A stretch of DNA of 64,000 bases from Ginglymostoma cirratum (taxonomy: Eukaryota), in assembly GCA_024137785.1 (NCBI GenBank), contig JAHRHZ010000095.1, positions 3,691,640-3,755,639 on the forward strand, given 5' to 3'. Below are positions 26,725 through 38,527 of the stretch, piece after piece. A program made the translations under genes and the position numbers. Each line of letters begins with the position of its first letter. Within the stretch, counting starts at the first letter, position 1. The notes under the pieces were generated by a model. The model was not told the origin of the DNA. It searched no databases and worked only from the letters and a program-made list of their open reading frames with translations.

Positions 26725-27149
26725 AGCTTTTATTACATCTGACAATCTTTACTTTAATAACACTCAATGTCTGAGCTTCCACAAGCCTATTTGTGAAGTA
26801 AATATGAGATAGTTAGCCTCGATGACCACAGTGTGGTATAGATTAATATCAAAAATGAGGGTTTGATTTTTTGATTGACTTTGAAGTAGACTCGGGACCT
26901 TCTTTCCTGCCCTTTTCTTGTCCTACCCCTGAGAGGTGAAGGCACTTTCATTCAAGAACTGCCAAGAAAAACAACTCAGGATGAATCATCAGTAGACAAT
27001 ATTTCAAAGACCTGCCTGCAGGCAGATTGCAAATTAATAAATGAAAGATCCTGTAGGTTTGATGAACTACTCTCTCAAGAAATCGTGCCACCTTCAAAGA
27101 AGGGAATATGAACCTCCAACTCTTATTTCTTTTAGAAATGTGTCATTTA

Positions 27150-27880
27150 GTCTAAATTGTTGCTCCCTGTTTCTTCTGCCATATTACATCACCTCACATT
27201 TCTCTGAATTATTTCTGCCCATTCCGCTAGCCTTTAGATATTCTGTTGCTGTCGATTAGCAGTATTCTCACTGTCAGTCAATTTGGAATCTTTGGTAAAT
27301 TTTGAAAGTTTATTTTATATCTCAATATCCAAATCACTTTCATATATCAAAAAAGTGGCTCCAGCACTGACCTTTTGGGAATAGCACTTCTAACAGCCTA
27401 CAGTCTGAAAACTAAGCATTTACCATGACACATATATTTTCTGTTATGAAGACAATTGTTTAAAATTCTATCTAATGCTGACCGATCTATTCTATGAGCC
27501 TCAATTTTGTTTATTTCCAGTTCTTACTAAATGTCATAGACCTGAAATGTGAACTGCTTTTTTCTGCATAAATGCTGCCTCATTTGCTTAATATTTCCAG
27601 GCTCCTATATGATACTTCATCAAACAGTTTTTATAATCTGTGTAAGACAGCATCCATTCCATTTCTTTCATCAGTCTTCGCTGTTACTTCTTTCAAAAAA
27701 AATCCGATTTGTGAAGCACGATCTGCCTTTTACAATTCCATGCTGGTATGCTTAATTAACACAAACCTCTCCAAGAGTCTGTTTTTGTTTCTTTGATCAC
27801 TGTTTCCAAAATCTTTCCCACGCTGATGGGAAACTTGTCTATAATTATTAGCAATGTCCTTATTCCTTGTCTTGAATTAG
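27150..27880 (-). mobile_element. Old CR1 RT fragment, with a small PLE piece at ~27530-27610
   Basis: Reverse-complemented QHGIVKGRSCFT motif (27710-27750) and ccccaaaaggtcagtgctggagcc (PQGSVLGP). Confidence 0.7.
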
Positions 27881-29044
27881 CAGGGCATGTTAATCAAACA
27901 GCTGAAAATCCAAATAAATTTTACTGGTTAGCACTCAACTAGTTTCTCTTTCAATGGTTGCCAAGAGTGAGTAATCCATCAAAATCCATGCTGAGCATTA
28001 TGGTCTCCATGTACATTAGATGAGCACTGATAAACCCTTGAAACTGCAGCTTAAGTCTCGAAGAACAATTCAGAATTTATAAAGACATAGATTAGGATTC
28101 AGCACGATGTGAGGCCAAAAGGCTGTTTGAGAGTTGGTTGATTATGTTCTTTTCAATAGGATGTAATTGCACAAATTAATTGTTATTTTCACATTTGTTA
28201 TAGTCTGTTCTACATTAACATTGAAAATTCATCTGGGCTAATGCAAACTATTATCTAATTGTGCGATCTTCAGTGATTTTGGGATTTGGAAAGACAATCG
28301 TACTGTGACAGTATCTGACTCCAGTTTAAGAACTTCTTATTATGGCAGGGAAGTCAGCAAAGCATACTTATCAAAAACTGGAATTCTACAGATGCTAGAA
28401 AGCTGAAATAACAAGAAATTTTAAGCAAATGAGGCAGCATTTATGGAGAAAAAAACAGTTTACATTTTAGTCTTACGACATTTAGTAAGAACTGGGATGA
28501 GGTAGAAAAAAATAGATTTTGAGCAAAGGGTGGTTGGGAAAAGGATGCAAAGAAGATTTGTGGTTGGTTGAAATATACTGCTTCCTAGTTCTAATGAAAG
28601 ATGTGGCGATTTGTCATGTTTTCTGCAGAACTGATGATCAAGAAACTCTCCCAACTTTGTCACCTGTCATATTGAATTGTCAGCTGAAAATCAACCACAG
28701 AGACTTTGCATGGGACTCAGATCCAGAGGTTCTGGCTGACAGAAAGGGGTGATCCACAAAAACTTATCTCATTGTGTATGAACACTTATACATCTGTTAA
28801 ACTGCTGATGTAGATTAGTCAGGACCTTGATTTGGAATGTGGTGATTTGGGGTTTCTTAGGAATGTCTGAGACCCAGATTTTCAAAGCAAAGTTAAACAT
28901 TGACAGGATTCCATCTACTGAACTTAAGTATTTTCTCCACCACAAATATTTCAGGAATTTGTCTCTACTTGCTAATTTATATCTTGAAATTACTTTGAGT
29001 ATCAGGTGAACATTCCTGCCACAACATTTGTTAAATATGTCCAA

Positions 29045-29555
29045 ATTACTCTTACCAAATTTTACAGATGCACCATAGAAAGCATTCCATTCGGATGCAT
29101 CACAGCTAAGTATGGCAACTGCCCTGCTGAACACCGCAAGAAATTTCAGAGACTTGTGAATGCAGTCCATCACAAAAACCAGCCATCCTTCCATTGACTC
29201 TGTCTACACTTCCTGCTGCCTTGGGAAAGAAGCCAATATAATCAAAGACCCCTCCCATCCCTCTTATACTCTCTTCCACCTTCTTCCAGCGGGCAGAAGA
29301 TACAACAGTTGAGAATACCTACCAACAGATTCAAGAATAGCTTCTCCCCTGCTGTTATCAGACTTATGGACAGGTCCCTCATATATTAGAGTTGATCTTT
29401 CTCCGCTATAGCTGTAACATTAAAGTCCACATTCTGTTCTATTACCCTGATACACGGATATAAGGTATGATTTCTCTGGTTAGCATGCAAAACAATACTG
29501 TTCACTGTATCTCGGTATGTGACAGTAATAAATCAATTCAAATCAAATCAAATCA
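29045..29555 (+). mobile_element. Rex1/Babar-type LINE 3' end
   Basis: TKFYRCTIESIPFGCITAKYGNCPAEHRKKFQRLVN...IIKDPSHP...LLPAGRRY...TNRFKNSFSP; tail (aaatc)n at 29530-29555. Confidence 0.85.
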
Positions 29556-29761
29556 GGGTATTACATAATTTTTCTATCATTTACTTGAGAGTTACATGCT
29601 GCACCTCATTAGGTACAGGAACCTGCAGTCTGTTTTTATTAAAATTAGTGGAAATAGAATTTCATGAAATTTATTATTTTCATTCAGTCTGTATTTTTAG
29701 TTCTACTGTCTTTTTATGGGTAACTAAGGCTCCTTAGTATTCAACTAAAACTGGACCAGGT

Positions 29762-29860
29762 CTGAAAAAGGTTCACTGGACTTGAAACGTTAATTCTGTT
29801 TTCTCTCCACAGTTACTGCAAGATCTGCTGTACTTCCCCAGCAATTTCAGTTTTTGTTTG
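29762..29860 (+). mobile_element. PLE family 2 terminus with degenerate hammerhead
   Basis: ctgaaaaaggttcactggacttgaaacgttaattctg...cagcaatttcagtttttgttt. Confidence 0.7.
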
Positions 29861-29934
29861 ATTCAAAATCTAACCTGTGATCTGCAATCTGCCTCTTTAT
29901 TTATTTCTTATCTCTTCTAACTCTTCTAAAGTTT

Positions 29935-31030
29935 GGATACAGAATTGGCTGTCCAATAGAAGACAGATGGAAAGTATTCAGCCTGGAGCTTGGTGACCAG
30001 TGGTGTTCCGCAGGGATCTGTTCTAGGACCTCTGCTCTTTGTGATCTTTATAAATGATTTGGATGAGGAATTGGAGGGCTGGGTTAGTAAGTTTATTGAT
30101 GACACAAAGGTTGGTGCAGTTTTGGTTGTTGTGGAAGGCTGTTGTAGATTGCAATGGGACATTGACAGGATGCAGAGCTGGGCAAAGAAGTGGTAGATAG
30201 AATTCAACCCAGAAAAGTGTGTAGTGATTCATTTTGGAAGGTCAAATTTGAATGCAGAATACAGGGCTAATGGAAGGGTTCTTGGCAGTGTGGAGGAACA
30301 GAGGGATCTTGGAGTCCACATCCACAGATCCCTCAAAGTTGCCACACAAGTTGATAGGGTTGTTATGAAGGCGTATGGTGTGTTGGCTTTCATTGGCAGG
30401 GGAATTGAGTTTAAGAACCGTGAGGTTATGCTGCAGCTCTATAAAACCCTGGTTAGACCACACTTGGAATAGTGTGTTCAGTTCTGGTCGCCTCATTCTA
30501 GGAAGAATGTGGAAGCTATGGGGGGGGGGGGTGGGGGGGAGGTGGTGCAGAGGATATTTACCAGGATGCTGCCTGAACTGGAGGGCGGGTCTTATGAGGA
30601 AAGGTTGAGGCAGCTGGGGCTTTTCTCATTGGAGCGAAGAAGGATGAGAGGTGACTTGATAGAGGTGCACAAGATGATGACAGGCATAGATAGAGTGGAT
30701 AGCCAGAGACTTTTTCCCAGAGTGGAAATGACTATTACGAGGGGACATAACCTTAAGGTGATTGGTGGAAGGCATTGGGGAGATGTCAGAGGTAGGTTCT
30801 TTATACAGAGAGTGGTGGGTGCGTGGAATGCGCTACCAGCGGTGGTAGTGGAGTCAGATGCATTAGGGACATTTAAGCGACTCTTGGATAGGCAGATGGA
30901 TGATAGTAAAATATAGGGTATGCAAGGTGCTTTGATCTTAGATCAGGATAATAGGTCGGCACCACATTGTGGGCCGAAGGGCCTGTATTGTGCTGTACTG
31001 TTCCATGTTCTATGTTCTATGTTCTATGTT
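29935..31030 (+). mobile_element. CR1 (HER1-like) LINE 3' 1.1 kb, relatively young
   Basis: VTSGVPQGSVLGPLLFVIFINDLD...KFIDDTK...EQRDLGVHIHRSLK...LYKTLVRPHLE*...LFSLERRRMRGDLIEV; tail (gttctat)n. Confidence 0.95.
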
Positions 31031-31164
31031 TGTATGCGTTCTACCTAGTACATTTTATTTGCTTCATTAAATCTGTTACAGTGGCTAAATCTTACTTGAA
31101 ATCAGTGTCATTTTGACAAGAAACTTACTGACGCAGCCACATAATATCGTGCACTACAAGAGTA

Positions 31165-31745
31165 TTTCAGAGGTCAGAAATCCTGCAGTGAGTAACTCAC
31201 TTGCCTGTCCACCATTGCAAATCAAGAATGTGAGAGAATACTCTCCATTTTCTTGGATGAATGCAGCCTCAACACCACTCTGGAAGCTGAACACCATCAA
31301 GGACAAAGCAATCGGTATGGTCAGCACCCAATCCTTTGTCTTTTCAGGCAATCCTTCAAAATGAAAGATTATTTGCTTCCACGTTGACTTGTTGAGCTAT
31401 AAGGCTGAGAGGTCCAGTGCAGAACTGCAGACTCTGCCACAGATTAGGCAGGTGGGTCCATTCACTACCTTAAACATTCACTCTCTTCACTACTGTCACA
31501 TAGTCACAGCAGAGTACATCACCTACAAGATGTACTAGAGCAAACTAGGTTCCTTCAACAATGCCTTCCAAACCAGGTACACCTGTCACCTTGGGAGAAA
31601 AGAGCAACAGACAGTTGGGAACACCACCAGCCTGCAAGTACCTCTTCAAGTTACACACCATCCTGACTTATCATCATTCCTTTACTGTCACTGGCTCACA
31701 ACCCCTTTCCTGTTAGTGCTGTGGTGTACCTACAAAACACAGAGT
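31165..31745 (+). mobile_element. Second LINE family 3' fragment
   Basis: Homologous to 13540-13960 (aatcctgcagtgagtaactcac; VREYSPFSWMNAAS). Confidence 0.75.
31335..31457 (-). mobile_element. RTE-type LINE 3' tail fragment nested in the LINE above
   Basis: Reverse complement cacctgcc...tgtggcagagtctgcagttctgcactggacc...gtggaagcaaataatc...gattgcctgaaaag (C-x2-C-x-R-x-C terminal zinc-finger region and 3' end). Confidence 0.5.
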
Positions 31746-31859
31746 GAAACACCTCCCAGATCCATACCCATCTGCACCAGAACTTCATGTCTGAATTCTT
31801 CCAATCAGGTTTCCACTAATGCCACAGGACTGAAGCTTCAAAGTCATAAGCAACATCCT

Positions 31860-33012
31860 ATGTTACTGTGAAAAACATAAACTTTTCCCTCTGAATCTAT
31901 CTGCAGCCTTTGACATGGTTGACTATTCCATCCTCTTCCAACACTTCGCTGCTGCTGTCCAGCTGGTTGAGATTGCTCTTATAGCTCGATTACTTACCAT
32001 AACCAGTAGATTACTTGCAAACACTTCCTATTCACACATTGTTACCTCTGGTAACCTCTGGTGAATCAATGTTTTCACCCTCCTATTTCTCAACCACAAT
32101 TGTCCCTTAACCACATCATTTGATTTCATATGTATGCTGATGACATCCAGCGCTATCTCAAAACCAGCACCTTGACTCCTCTATTACTGTCATATTATTA
32201 AACAGCTTACTAGTACAAGAAGAGTAGAATTTTCATCCACCTAAATATTAGGAAGACTGAAGTGATTATTTTCAGACCTCACTGTGAACTGCATTTGGTA
32301 GCTACTGATTCAATCCCTTTTCCTGACAATACTCTTACAGTAAGCTGGTTTGCTTACACCCTTAATGCCATATTCAAAGAGGAGGTGAACTGTCAACGTC
32401 ATGTTTGTGCCATCACCAAAACCACCTATTTTCACCTTGTTCCTTCATTACCTCTGGACTCAATGATACCAACATACCTTGGCTAATCTTTCATGTGCTA
32501 CCCTCAACAGACATGAGGTCATCTAAAGCTCCATTAACTATGCCTTAACTTGCAGCAAGTCCTGCTTCTCTATCATACCTGTGTTTGCTGACCTACAATG
32601 TTACTCATTTGTGCATGGTTTTAAATGTCTCATCCATTCTCTTTTCAAGTCCCTTCACAGCCTCAACCCCTATTCCCATAATCTCCTCCAACGCCACAAT
32701 CCTCTGAGATTTGCACTCTTCTAAATTTGTAGATGGCCAATGATGGAGCAATAAAATTTGACAATGTCTTCAGTTGCCTAGCTCCTAAGCTTTGAAATGC
32801 ACTCTCATACCTCTCCACCTTGCTACTTCATTTTCCTCTACTAGGATGCTCCTTAAAACCCATCAGTTTGATCATGCCTTTGAACACTTGACCTGATAAT
32901 GTCTTGTGTGTTTTCGCACCATACTCTGTTTTATAATCCTCCTGTGAAGCAGCGTGGATGATTCATTATATTACAGGTGCTATATAAAATATGCAAAATA
33001 AATTCTGTTGTT
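31860..33012 (+). mobile_element. L2 LINE, RT and 3' end
   Basis: NLSAAFDMVDYSIL, FHMYADDIQRY, LNIRKTEVIIF; tail gtgctatataaaat...tgttgttg. Confidence 0.85.
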
Positions 33013-33139
33013 GAAAGGTTATTAAGGGATGAGGGGCGAGTGCAGGCATATGAAGCTGGATCACAGATCAATCATAATCTTAATTAGTGATGGAATAGGC
33101 ACAGGGGACTAAGTCGCTTACTTCTGTTCTTATGTTCCC

Positions 33140-33620
33140 GTTATCTCCTGTTATCCAAGTCTCATTTGTTCATCACCTCCGTATTTGCTGACCGACACTG
33201 GATCCCAGCCTGACTCTGACATAATTTTATTATCATTCTAGTTTACAAATCACTTCTGGATGTTTCCCCAACCCCAAACCCTCAACTCAATCCCTGTAAC
33301 CCTCTCCCACCTTCCAATCCTTCAGTATCTCTTCAATGCTTCAATTCAAGCATCTTGCGCACCTCAGATTTTAGTCACCCACTGTGACAACTGTGCTTTC
33401 AGCTGCCTTGCTCCAAGACTCTACCCAGTCCCAAACGTCTCCATAATCTTTCACCTCTTTTAAAGATGCTTGTAAACCATGCATCTTTGACTAAGTTTTT
33501 GGTCATCAATCCTGATAACTTTTCACACTATGCCAAAACATTTTTATTGATATCATCTTGCTATGCACCTTGTCATATTTTGGTACATTAAATATGTCAT
33601 CTAGCTGTAATTTGTTGATG
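33140..33620 (+). mobile_element. L2 3' fragment
   Basis: HHL..FADRHWIP...AFSCLAPRL; homologous to 32570-33010. Confidence 0.6.
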
Positions 33621-35479
33621 ATTAGTATACTACATGGTGGGGATGTGTCTGCCTGTATTTAACATAGTGCTGACAACGACTATGACCTGTAAGCCCTCCG
33701 CTTCTAATATGTCAACAAACACAAGATCAAACCAAAATCAATAAATCATGAGGAACTTCTTCTGTTAACTAAAACTGCAATTGTGATAACTGTTTATCCT
33801 TTTTAGTCTTCACTATGTTTTCTCGAATGCATCTTCATCTAACCATATTTTTAAATATTTTCCCTGATATTTATTGCAATAAATGTTCTCTTTGGATTCC
33901 TCATAAAACATGTCATTCTTCAACCACTGCCAAATGTCAGCTGCTTAGAGACATGTTTGCTGGGCTGACACACCATTTAATAGATTTTCACCTCCCATGC
34001 GAGAGGCCTATCTAATTTTTGTGCTTCCTTTCAGAGTACTGAATAATCTGGGGCTTTCAGTAAAAACAATCATGAAGTAGCTTTGTGTCATGAACAGCTA
34101 CCAACTGAACATTTGCATTATCCTTTAGGCTTGTGATTTTTTTTTTCATCTTAAATAGTAACGGTGTTCAATGGTTTGTTTACAGTATTAAACTATGGCT
34201 ACTACAAGCTTAACAGTAAAAGGAAGTCAGCTGGGAAAGCATTTCAGACTTGTTTTTTTTATGACTTTGTATCTGTTGGTTAATGATATCCTCAGATCCC
34301 AAATGGTGTCTGTTTATCTGTCCAATATTTATTTATCCATATTTTAATTTGTGACAATTAAGAACAAAATTGGAGACAAACTACATCCCCCAACTGTTTT
34401 ACTGATCACTTAAATCCACTGGTCATTTGCAAACAGCTTTTGTGATAGCATAAATGTTCTTTATAATGTGATTCACATTCATTAGAATTCCAAATGTTGT
34501 CAGGTTCATGATGAATAGGGTCAAACGCTTAGTATTAATTATTGAATTGTGAATGCTATCAATATTTTGCTGTATTTATCACAGGGTAGCTATTTCATCA
34601 ATGCATTTGCTGTTGACTCTATTCACAGTTCCTCTGAATTTACATATGACGGCAATGCAGGAAATACTTGCCATGGCTTCAAGATGTCCAAAGTTTTCAT
34701 TGTTTAGCAATTCTGTGCTAATTTGTTTACGTATATCTAAATCACCAGACCATTAACTGATTTAATTATAAATGATCAAACTCACATTCCTAACATCTTA
34801 ACTTCTTTACTATTATGTTTACAATGTTCCTTATATACGTAAGGGTGATATGAATTTACCTAATACATGACTATTATAAATATAAAGCTCAATATATGCA
34901 TGTATAACATCAGCTTTAGCACTGCATTATCAGTAGCAGAGTTGTTCTTGGTTTTTTTAAAGTTCCTCTAAATCTTACAATTATGCTATGAGTAAGATTA
35001 ATATTATTATCAGAACAGATTCAAGTAATCCTGTGAACATTGATAATTATCATAACTCACACATCTCACTTAAACTGACAGTCTAGAGTCTTGACTCTGA
35101 AATTTTCCATATTCTGGCTGCTAAATTTGCTCTGAAGTCATATTGATACAGTACAATATTAGAAGAAGCCAATTATTTGTTGTAATTTTGTACATTATAA
35201 TGCATATGTCGACCTATGAAGCTTTAAAAAATTCTTTAAAAACTGACTGTATAAAGTGAACACCTTGATGAAGATGGTCACCATAATAAATTATGAAAAA
35301 TAATGACACCGGTAACTAAAATTAAATCAATATGTCATTTTTTTCAATGAAATAATCCACAAGGATTGTTTGAACCACAATCATACTGTTTAAAAACAAT
35401 CAAATATAGTATTGGTGATGTAAGAGTTCTTTAAATTCATTCTGAATCACTTTGGCAATGACATGTTCATAAGATTCTC

Positions 35480-36500
35480 ACTCCTAAGCAGATTCCAGAG
35501 TTTCCAGTTTCATAATGATCCCTCCATAGCAAATCATCTTCCTCTCCATCTTTTGAATTGGATATTCCATCTAATTTGAATGACTTGATGACAGATTGTA
35601 CATTACTAGCATTCCATGATTTTATGACAAAACACACTAAATGTCAGCCTTCCTGCTCCTCTGATGCTGCTTGGCCTGCTATGTTCATCCAGCTCTACAC
35701 CTTGTTATCTCTACACCAAACAGCAAGCAGGGAAGCATGCATATTTCCACTCTTAGTGAAGCTCTTTCTCAGACAACCATCCAGCTATTTCATCTAGTAC
35801 AAATATAATCTTTGAATAGCTTGTTGAAGTATATACCCAAAAGTTGAACTACACATTAGACACCCTGGTATATCTGCAAATTGACCGTTGCAGGAGCCTC
35901 TTGATCCGAGCAATTGTATGGGATCTAAACATGTCCCTCATTAGTAAGATGCATTCTTTGCAAAGGCCAGGGGGTGATTATTCCATACATTATCAATCTA
36001 TAATCCATCCTTATCCATCCAAACATTGTAATGCACAAATGTTCCTGCGGAGAATTTGAATTTTGAGAAGGTTTTATGGTTGTAATTGTTATTTATTTAA
36101 TTTTGTTTTGTTCACCATTGAGGTTGGTAGCAATGCGAATCTTGTCCTTTTAATGTCCTGTGATTATCTTTAGAATTATTTTCACACCATTCCACTCCAC
36201 AGTTTATTTACATGAACATTTCAATATGCCAATGTGAAAGAATAGGTACTTGTGTTTTTGCTGCTGTCTGATGATGTGCCATTGGAAATTTGTAACATCG
36301 TCATTAAAGTATTTTGGAAATTTCTAAGCAATCTTAGTTTTCTGTCACAAAACATTTCCACTTCAAAAAGTGGCTATACCAACTAGATGTTGTTCTTAAA
36401 TCTTTTCTAGACTCAATGTTGATGTGGCCCATTTAGCAACAATATTGTAATATTGTACTGACTAAGGCTATAACATCAGATCACCTATGGATATATCAAA
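35480..36500 (-). mobile_element. pogo/Tigger (Tc1-mariner superfamily) transposase remnant
   Basis: Minus translation fragments SSWYSHFLKWK...KTKIA*KFPKYFNDDVTNFQWHIIRQQQKHKY...NKTVEWNGVKIILKIITGH*K...VQLLGIYFNKLFKD...SFTKSGN...VIKSFKLDGISNSKDGEEDDLLW (CENP-B HTH + DDE_1 + GISN.xDGxEDD tail). Confidence 0.8.
35640..35712 (+). mobile_element. PLE family 1 terminal fragment inserted in the pogo remnant
   Basis: aaatgtcagccttcctgctcctctgatgctgcttggcctgctatgttcatccagctctacaccttgttatct. Confidence 0.85.
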
Positions 36501-36578
36501 TGTTAATTCCAACATGTGTTTTTAAAAGAGGACTGACACATCCATAGTTACTGAGTGTAAATTCAATGCTCCCGGGGG

Positions 36579-36637
36579 ACAGAAAAAAAGAGAGGGAGAG
36601 AGAGAGATAGGGATAGAGGGGGAGGGAGAGAGAGAGA
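36579..36637. repeat. (GA)-rich microsatellite
   Basis: agagagggagagagagagatagggatagaggg...gagagagagaga. Confidence 0.85.
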
Positions 36638-37387
36638 CCCTGGAATATCACACCTGACAAGGTCTGAAGGAAGCTTCAAAGTGAAGATTTTAAAAGGTAG
36701 AAATGGACTACAAATGGAATGTAATCTCTGGGAGTCAATCTATTCTATGAACATGATGAGAGAAAAGATAGCAGTCAGGGCAACAGGTATTTCCAGGTCT
36801 TCCTTTTTCAATAGAGTATAGGAACAGGATTTAAAACCAAAATTCAACTCTGTTCTATATGTGCTGGTGGCCTGACAAACTAATGTGTGGACTAGTGTGA
36901 TCAGAAGATCACAGCTGGGGGAACAGTCATTAAACATTCCTAAACTGCAAGTAAATAAAAGGAAAAGACTGTCTCTCACTCAGAGTGCTGACAAAAAGTT
37001 ACAACTTCACTGATAAAGGTGTGTTGATAATTGGGCCCCACTGTTCCTCAAGTTGTCCTAAAATGTATAAAAATCTAATTAGATGACCAATTGTCTAACT
37101 GGCTAAAATTCAGGACAAAGCAACACTAGGTTTCCTCATTAACAGAAAATAGTTCTATTTATAGGAATACATTTAATATGAACAAAAGGCAGAGGAAAGA
37201 AATAAATTCTACTCTACTACATTGCAACTTATCTATAACACTTCAGATACACACCCATTTCACAACTGAGTATGACAATTTGACATATCCTATGGGTGGA
37301 AAAAGGATGTCAACAGGGTGATCAAAATTCAACATCAGAAGTCCAGATTTAAAGCTGAGTTAAACATTCTCACACAGTCCTTTCTGA

Positions 37388-37663
37388 AGGCATGGTGGCT
37401 CAGTGGTTAGCACTGCTGCCTCACTGTGCTAGGTACCCAGGTTTGATTCCAGAGTTGGTTGGCTATATATGTGGAGTTTGCATGTTTGCCCCATGTCTGC
37501 ATAGATTTCTGCCAGGCGCTCTGGTTTCCTCCCACATTCCAAAAATGTACAGATTAGATGGATTGGCCAAGGTAAATTGCCTCATAGTATCTTGGGACGT
37601 GTAAGATCAGTGCAGATTCGATGGACCAAAAGGTCTGTTTATGTACTGCAGGGATTCTATGAA
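37388..37663 (+). mobile_element. HE1-like V-SINE
   Basis: ggcatggtggctcagtggttagcactgctgcctcac...gtggagtttgcatg...ggtttcctcccacattccaaaa...gggattctatga. Confidence 0.9.
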
Positions 37664-37989
37664 TTATGATGACGCATTTTGTCTCTAATGTGTTGATTGT
37701 TCTTCACTTCAATAATTATCAGACAGACTAACGTCTTCTTTTGTTATAATTCTTTCTTTTAAGTTTGATTGCTTTTTTCTGCCTTTTCCCCGCACAATGG
37801 GGGAAGGATAGGGAGGGAGAGATGGATGCTTTCATTTTGCAGAGTCTTGATGTTTTCTCTGCTGTGCTGGCAATAAGTTGCAAAACTCTCCAAGTAGTTC
37901 AAACATATTGCAGTCCAACTTCCATTTCAGTTTGTAATCCTCTCAAAAAAAGCATGGTCTCTGTTAAAAAAAACAAGAATCTCAAAATC

Positions 37990-38527
37990 ACTGCTTCCTG
38001 CAGTGCCACAACGATGCTACCCGAAGGTTGCAGGAACAGCATCTCATATTCCACTTGGGAACCCTGCAGCCCAATGGTATCAATGTGGACTTCACAAGCT
38101 TCAAAATCTCCCCTCCCCCTATCGCATCACAAAACCAGCCCAGCTCGTCCCTGCTTCCCTAACCTGTCCTTCCTCCCACCTATCCCCTCCTCCCACCTCA
38201 AGCCACACCCCCATCTCCTACCTGCTAACCTCATCCCGCCCCCTTGACCTGTCCGTCCTCCCTGGACTAACCTATCTCCTCTCTAACTCCCCACCTACAC
38301 TCCCCTTTACTGGCTCCATCCCCACCTCTTTGACCTGTCTGTCTCCTCTCCACCTATCTTCTCCTCTATCCATCTTCTATCTGTCTCCCCCTCTCTCCCT
38401 ATTTATTTCAGAATCCCCTTCCCCGCCCCCATTTCTGAAGAAGGGTCCAGGCCCGAAACGTCAGCTTTCCTGCTCCTCTGATGCTGCTTGGCCTGCTGTG
38501 TTCATCCAGCTCTACACCTTGTTATCT
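37990..38527 (+). mobile_element. PLE family 1, 3' end: GIY-YIG C-terminus, C-rich UTR, hammerhead terminus
   Basis: QCHNDATRRLQEQHLIFHLGTLQPNGINVDFTSFK; homologous to 45547-46218. Confidence 0.9.
38431..38466 (+). ncRNA. Minimal hammerhead ribozyme motif (PLE-type)
   Basis: CTGAAGA-A-GGGT-ccag-GCCC-GAAA-CG-TC: complete core, palindromic ACGT in place of stem III, GUC cleavage triplet; stem I is weak. Confidence 0.7.
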
